This document shows positions 27,411 to 32,000 of a stretch of DNA of 32,000 bases, piece by piece. The notes beneath the pieces were generated by a model, which searched no databases, was not told where the DNA came from, and was given only the letters and a program-made list of their open reading frames with translations. Positions within the stretch are counted from its first letter, which is position 1, and each line of letters starts with the position of its first letter. Location: contig NC_013771.1 of NCBI RefSeq assembly GCF_000025125.1, positions 1,290,001-1,322,000 on the forward strand, in the 5' to 3' direction. A program made the position numbers and the translations under genes. Origin of the DNA: Candidatus Atelocyanobacterium thalassa isolate ALOHA (GTDB lineage Bacteria > Cyanobacteriota > Cyanobacteriia > Cyanobacteriales > Microcystaceae).

Positions 27411-29852
27411 TTAACTACGAAGTGTAACATTAAATTCTTCTACTAAAGATTCACGAACTTTATTATGAATAGTTCCTACATCTTTATCAGTTAATGTACG
27501 TTCATTAGAACGGTAAAGTAAACTGAAAGCTAAATTCCTTTGTCTCTCTGGTACACTTTCTCCTCGATAATCGTCAAACAATTCTATTTCTTTTAATAAA
27601 TTTCCCCCCACTTCTTTCATTTTTTGAATAAGTTGATTTACAGGGATATCCAGGGAAACGAAAAATGCTAAGTCTAGTTCTATAGGAGGATAAAAAGAAT
27701 AAGGCTTAAATGTAGGTGTTAAAAAAGTTTCTTGATTAAGAGTATCTAATAAAAGCTGAAAATCTAGTTCAAACCCATATACAGCACCAATTAAGTTTAG
27801 CTCTTGACATATTTGAGGGTGTAACTGTCCAAATATTCCTAAAAATTTATTATTTAGCCATAAGGAAGCTGTACGTTCCGGATGCAATCTCTTATCTTCT
27901 TTGTGGGTTTTGTATTCCACTATGATCTTAAATTTTTTAAAAATACTATCTAAGACACCTTTTGATTTATACCAAGTCATGGGAGGTACTTTTCCTCCCG
28001 TTGTCCAGCGCCCTTCTACTAGAAAAGTACCTCCCATTATACCGGATATCCTGTCTGATTCTCGATTTTGCCCGTCAATACTATGAAAAATTTTACCAAT
28101 TTCAAATCCATTTAGAGGCCTATTTCCTTGAGATTGATTATAGGCAAACGTATTAATTAGACCATCTAATAAATTATTTCTTAGAGCCGAGTATTCTGTT
28201 AATAAAGGATTTGCAAGAACTATATCAGCCTTTTCTGGTTTTACAAGAGAGTACTGTACCAATTCATGTAACCCAGTAGAACGAAATGCTTCTCTAAGTT
28301 TACGCTCAATACAATATTCTTGAGAAAGTTTTCCAGGTTCTGTTTTGTAAGGTAGCTCATCACAAAAGTTTCCATACCCATAAATACGAGCTATCTCTTC
28401 TATTAAATCAATTTCTCTATGTAGATCTCGATAACGATAAGATGGAACAACAACTGACCAGACATTACTAATTTTGTCAGTTAAATCTAGTTTACATCCT
28501 AAATTTTTTAGAATATTGTGAACTTCTTCTGAAGTAATAAAAGATTTTAAACCATCTCTCCAAACCGGTCCTAAAATTTTGTGAACACGTTCTAAACGAA
28601 GAGTTATTTGAGAAATATTAACTTGGGAACGATTATCAATTATACTTTGGGTAACTGCTGTTCCTCCAGTCAATTCTTCGATTAGGCTGATAGCATTCTG
28701 AGAGGCTATTTCTAATTCAAATTGATTAACCCCTCTTTCATATCTTATAGAAGCTTCAGTACGCAAGTTTTGATTTTTTGAAGAATGACGTATAACTACT
28801 TGATCAAACAATGCTGTCTCCAAAAAAATATCTTGAGTTTGATTATCAATTTCTGTTGTTTTCCCTCCCATAATTCCTGCAAGAGCTACAGGAACATCAT
28901 TAGAGGTAATTATTAAATTTTTTTTGTTTAATTCTTTACTAGAACCATCTAATATTTGCAAGGTTTCTTCATTATTAGAATAACGTATCCCAATTTTTAA
29001 TTCATTACTGTTATCTGCAATTTTGTTTAATTTTTTAAGATCAAAAGCATGCATAGGTTGTCCCCATTCTAGTAAGACTAGATTAGTTACATCTACTATA
29101 TTGTTAATAGGTTCTATCCCTGAAACTTTAAGTTTTTGTTGTAACCATTTTGGGGAAGAGGTTACTGTTGCATTCTTAATAATAGTTCCAATATAAATTG
29201 GACAAGCATTAATATCTTTAACTTCTATTTTCAAAAAATTATTCTTATGTTCAAAAATAAAATTTTTGATATCCCTAGGAGAATTAACTGTATTACCTGT
29301 TAAAGATGCTAACTCTCTAGCAATTCCAATCATACTCATTGCATCAGGTCGGTTAGCAGTAGGCATAACACTTAAAATAACATCATCCAACCCTAATAAA
29401 GGAGCAACATTTTGTCCTATTGTTAGAGCGTTTTCTTCAAAAATATGAATTCCAGATGATTCTTTCGATAGTCCAATCTCTGATAAAGAACAAATCATTC
29501 CTTCAGAATTAATTCCTCGTAATTCTGTAGGTTCAATTTTTAAGTCTATTGTAGGTAGATATGATCCTAAAGTTGCGACAGGAACATATTTGCCAATCTC
29601 AACATTGGATGCACCACATACAATGTTGAGTAGCTTTTCTACTCCAATATCAACTTTGCAAATATTTAATTTTTGAGCGTCAGGATGAGGCTGACAATCT
29701 TTAATTAAACCGACTACGATTCCATTAACCCATTCATTAAGATTTTCACATTCATCTACTTCTAAACCAACAACTGTTAAGATATCAGCTAATTCTTCAT
29801 GGGAAAAGTTAAAATTTGTTAGTTCCCTTAGCCATTTAACGGATATTTTCAT
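27411..29852 (-). CDS. pheT: phenylalanine--tRNA ligase beta subunit
   Basis: 813 aa. N-terminal MKISVKWLRE..., tRNA-binding domain, B3/4, B5 and C-terminal FDDYRGESVP... ferredoxin-fold anticodon-binding segment, all typical of PheT. Confidence 0.95.
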   Translation of the reverse strand: MKISVKWLRELTNFNFSHEELADILTVVGLEVDECENLNEWVNGIVVGLIKDCQPHPDAQKLNICKVDIGVEKLLNIVCGASNVEIGKYVPVATLGSYLPTIDLKIEPTELRGINSEGMICSLSEIGLSKESSGIHIFEENALTIGQNVAPLLGLDDVILSVMPTANRPDAMSMIGIARELASLTGNTVNSPRDIKNFIFEHKNNFLKIEVKDINACPIYIGTIIKNATVTSSPKWLQQKLKVSGIEPINNIVDVTNLVLLEWGQPMHAFDLKKLNKIADNSNELKIGIRYSNNEETLQILDGSSKELNKKNLIITSNDVPVALAGIMGGKTTEIDNQTQDIFLETALFDQVVIRHSSKNQNLRTEASIRYERGVNQFELEIASQNAISLIEELTGGTAVTQSIIDNRSQVNISQITLRLERVHKILGPVWRDGLKSFITSEEVHNILKNLGCKLDLTDKISNVWSVVVPSYRYRDLHREIDLIEEIARIYGYGNFCDELPYKTEPGKLSQEYCIERKLREAFRSTGLHELVQYSLVKPEKADIVLANPLLTEYSALRNNLLDGLINTFAYNQSQGNRPLNGFEIGKIFHSIDGQNRESDRISGIMGGTFLVEGRWTTGGKVPPMTWYKSKGVLDSIFKKFKIIVEYKTHKEDKRLHPERTASLWLNNKFLGIFGQLHPQICQELNLIGAVYGFELDFQLLLDTLNQETFLTPTFKPYSFYPPIELDLAFFVSLDIPVNQLIQKMKEVGGNLLKEIELFDDYRGESVPERQRNLAFSLLYRSNERTLTDKDVGTIHNKVRESLVEEFNVTLRS

Positions 29853-30015
29853 AATTTATTCTATTATCTTAATAAATTTAAGCTCTAGTTTATCAAACAA
29901 TTATATTGCTTGTTTGATATTCTTTTGCTGTATGTAAAGCATATAGTTTTTTTATTACTTAAATATAAATCTAAAAATGGACTAAGCATTATATTTAACA
30001 AAAGTTAGAAGTTTT

Positions 30016-30798
30016 TTACAACAAAGTTCTCTGTCTTTTGGCTTCATATAAAATCAAAGCTCCAGTAACCGCTACATTTAGTGATTCTATATTTTGTTCT
30101 AATGGAATTTTAACCGTCTCATCTGCCATGTTAACTAACTGTTCCGACAATCCAGAACCTTCATTGCCCAATAGAATTATTGTGGGTCTCGTCAAATCTA
30201 AGTCCCAATAATTCTTCTTTGCATTTGGCAAAGTTGCAACTACATTAACACCTTGATTTTTATAATTCATCACTATATCTTTCAGATTAGATGTGATTAC
30301 TAAAGGGGCTTTAAACCAAGCACCAGCAGACGCTCTTATGACTTTTGAATTATCAATATTTACACTATCGCTACTGAGCCAAATACCGTCAATATTTGTA
30401 GCGACAGCTGTACGAATAATAGTTCCTAGATTTCCTGGATCTTGTAACCTTTCTAAAATCAAACCTAATTTGATATCAGTTTTAGCCTTATCGAAAGGTC
30501 TAGACAATGCTGTGACTATTACTCCGTCAGGATTTACGGTGGTTGTAATACTCTTCAAAACTTCTGGTGAAACAGTTTCATATCGTTTTGTAAGTCTAGA
30601 AGCTATCTCCCATAATTTAAAATTTTCTATTTTCCACTTTTCAGTGAATAGCAAAGTAAGTAGGGAACAATTCTCTTCACAGGCTGTCATAAGCAAATGA
30701 GTTCCCTCGAAAAAAAATATTCCTTTTTCTCTTCGTTTCTTTACATTACGTAGTTCACGAATTTGCTTAATCAAGGGATTTTTAGTACTTGTAATCAT
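30016..30798 (-). CDS. TrmH/SpoU-family RNA 2'-O-methyltransferase (RlmB-like)
   Basis: 260 aa. N-terminal substrate-binding domain (NPLIKQIRELR), SpoU motifs LERLQDPGNLGTIIRTA, ILLGNEGSGLS and IPLxxxIESLNVAVTGALILYE. Confidence 0.82.
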   Translation of the reverse strand: MITSTKNPLIKQIRELRNVKKRREKGIFFFEGTHLLMTACEENCSLLTLLFTEKWKIENFKLWEIASRLTKRYETVSPEVLKSITTTVNPDGVIVTALSRPFDKAKTDIKLGLILERLQDPGNLGTIIRTAVATNIDGIWLSSDSVNIDNSKVIRASAGAWFKAPLVITSNLKDIVMNYKNQGVNVVATLPNAKKNYWDLDLTRPTIILLGNEGSGLSEQLVNMADETVKIPLEQNIESLNVAVTGALILYEAKRQRTLL

Positions 30799-31128
30799 TA
30801 AAGATACGAAAAATATTGGTTTAACTTAATACTAGATTGGTATTTAAACATAAAAATTAAACAGGTGCTAAAAAAATTAATCTAGTTATCTATTAATTTC
30901 ATTGGTCTTATGTAGTAAAGCTTATTATTTAATTAATATCTTTAATTAATTGAATAATGATTCTAGTTTTACTTTTCTATTTAAAAGCTAAGTTCAATCT
31001 ATAGGAATATCAACTTTTCAGGGTTTTTGAACCAATGAAATTATACTAAAAATAATTTTAGAGTCAATTCTAATTCTTCTCATAGTATAAAAAAATAATT
31101 ATACAGCTTCATTGCGTATCGAAATCTT

Positions 31129-32000
31129 ATGACATCCTATATAGAAAAGAAACAATCAGTTTTAGAAATTCAAGGTCAAAATTCTTTGAATGGACAAGTT
31201 CGTGTAAGTGGTGCCAAAAATTCAGCTTTAGTTTTAATGGCTGGGTCAATTCTTTGTTTTGAAGATTGTCGTCTTAGTAATATTCCTGCTTTGGCTGATA
31301 TTGATCGCATGTCTCAAATTCTTACAGCCATTGGAGTAAAACTTAAAAAAAATGGAGACAGTATAGAAATAAATGCCCAAAATATAGGGCAAAATAAAGC
31401 TCCTTATGAATTAGTATCACAACTTCGAGCTAGTTTTTTCGTAATTGGTCCTTTATTGGCAAGGTTAGGGAAGACTCGTGTTCCCTTGCCAGGTGGCTGT
31501 GCTATAGGTGCTAGACCAGTAGATCTTCATGTAAGAGGATTACAAGCTATGGGGGCAGATGTTCAAATCGAACATGGAGTAGTTCATGCTTGTATTAAAA
31601 ATAATCACAAGAAACTACAAGGAGCTAAGATCTATTTAGATTATCCTAGTGTTGGTGCTACAGAGACAATTATGATGGCTGCAACTTTAGCAGAAGGAGA
31701 AACTACAATTGAGAACTGCGCACAAGAGCCTGAGATTGTCGACTTAGCAAACTTTTGCCGTTCTATGGGCGCAAAAATAAAAGGTGATGGGACTAAACGA
31801 ATTACCATATCAGGAGTAGATTACCTTCATAGCACTGAATATTGTGTAATTCCTGATCGTATTGAGGCAGGAACATTACTTATAGCAGGTGCAATTACTC
31901 AATCTGAGATTAGTTTAAAGCCTGTTTTTCCTGAACATTTAGCTTCTATCATTGCTAAGTTAAAAGAAGTTGGTCCTAGAGTCATTGTTGAAGGAACAGA
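31129..32000 (+). CDS. murA: UDP-N-acetylglucosamine 1-carboxyvinyltransferase, 5' part (runs off the window end)
   Basis: Open frame from the ATG at 31129 to the window edge; it is not in the ORF track because it has no stop. Translation: [39 protein letters not shown]...[45 protein letters not shown], with the MurA active-site Cys loop. Confidence 0.92.
   Translation, partial: MTSYIEKKQSVLEIQGQNSLNGQVRVSGAKNSALVLMAGSILCFEDCRLSNIPALADIDRMSQILTAIGVKLKKNGDSIEINAQNIGQNKAPYELVSQLRASFFVIGPLLARLGKTRVPLPGGCAIGARPVDLHVRGLQAMGADVQIEHGVVHACIKNNHKKLQGAKIYLDYPSVGATETIMMAATLAEGETTIENCAQEPEIVDLANFCRSMGAKIKGDGTKRITISGVDYLHSTEYCVIPDRIEAGTLLIAGAITQSEISLKPVFPEHLASIIAKLKEVGPRVIVEGT

Overview
This is a 32-kb, very AT-rich chromosomal segment (roughly 30% GC by eye) whose gene content is clearly cyanobacterial. 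I can support 24 protein-coding genes on both strands, all core housekeeping. They are: PGM/PMM-type phosphohexomutase, YbcJ-like S4 protein, ThiO-like FAD oxidase, cobU, an S8 subtilase, aroK, queC, a Ycf66-like membrane protein, an AI-2E/PerM transporter, an HddC/HddA-like sugar-nucleotide pair, txlA, ndhH, a YvcK/CofD-like protein, selO, gcvT, a DUF2079 membrane protein, a GT2 glycosyltransferase, mutS, grpE, a 2TM-RCK K+ channel, pheT, a TrmH/SpoU methyltransferase, and the 5' part of murA (running off the window; absent from the ORF track).

I found no rRNA, tRNA, CRISPR array, transposase, integrase, phage gene or recognisable defence/toxin module. I do not see a convincing novel multi-gene system and will not invent one.

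What stands out are signatures of reductive genome evolution. By inference only, the low GC, cyanobacterial core genes and oversized AT-only spacers fit a reduced-genome unicellular cyanobacterium such as a UCYN-A or spheroid-body type.

- queC is broken at an A7 tract, yet the downstream frame still encodes an intact Zn-Cys C-terminus.
- The S8 protease ORF and the following 76-aa ORF are one gene split at a T8 (sense) tract. The protease also has Gly in place of its catalytic Ser.
- A ~250-nt GC-enriched, helix-forming island between txlA and ndhH has no convincing ORF. It is a candidate ncRNA of unassigned family, or a gene relic.
- The K+ channel has a TVGFS rather than TVGYG/GFG selectivity filter.
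- Long perfect inverted repeats lie between four convergent gene pairs, and one includes the last codons of mutS.
- Seven intergenic spacers of 330-585 nt have no detectable content.

All family calls rest on motif recognition by eye. No database search was possible.
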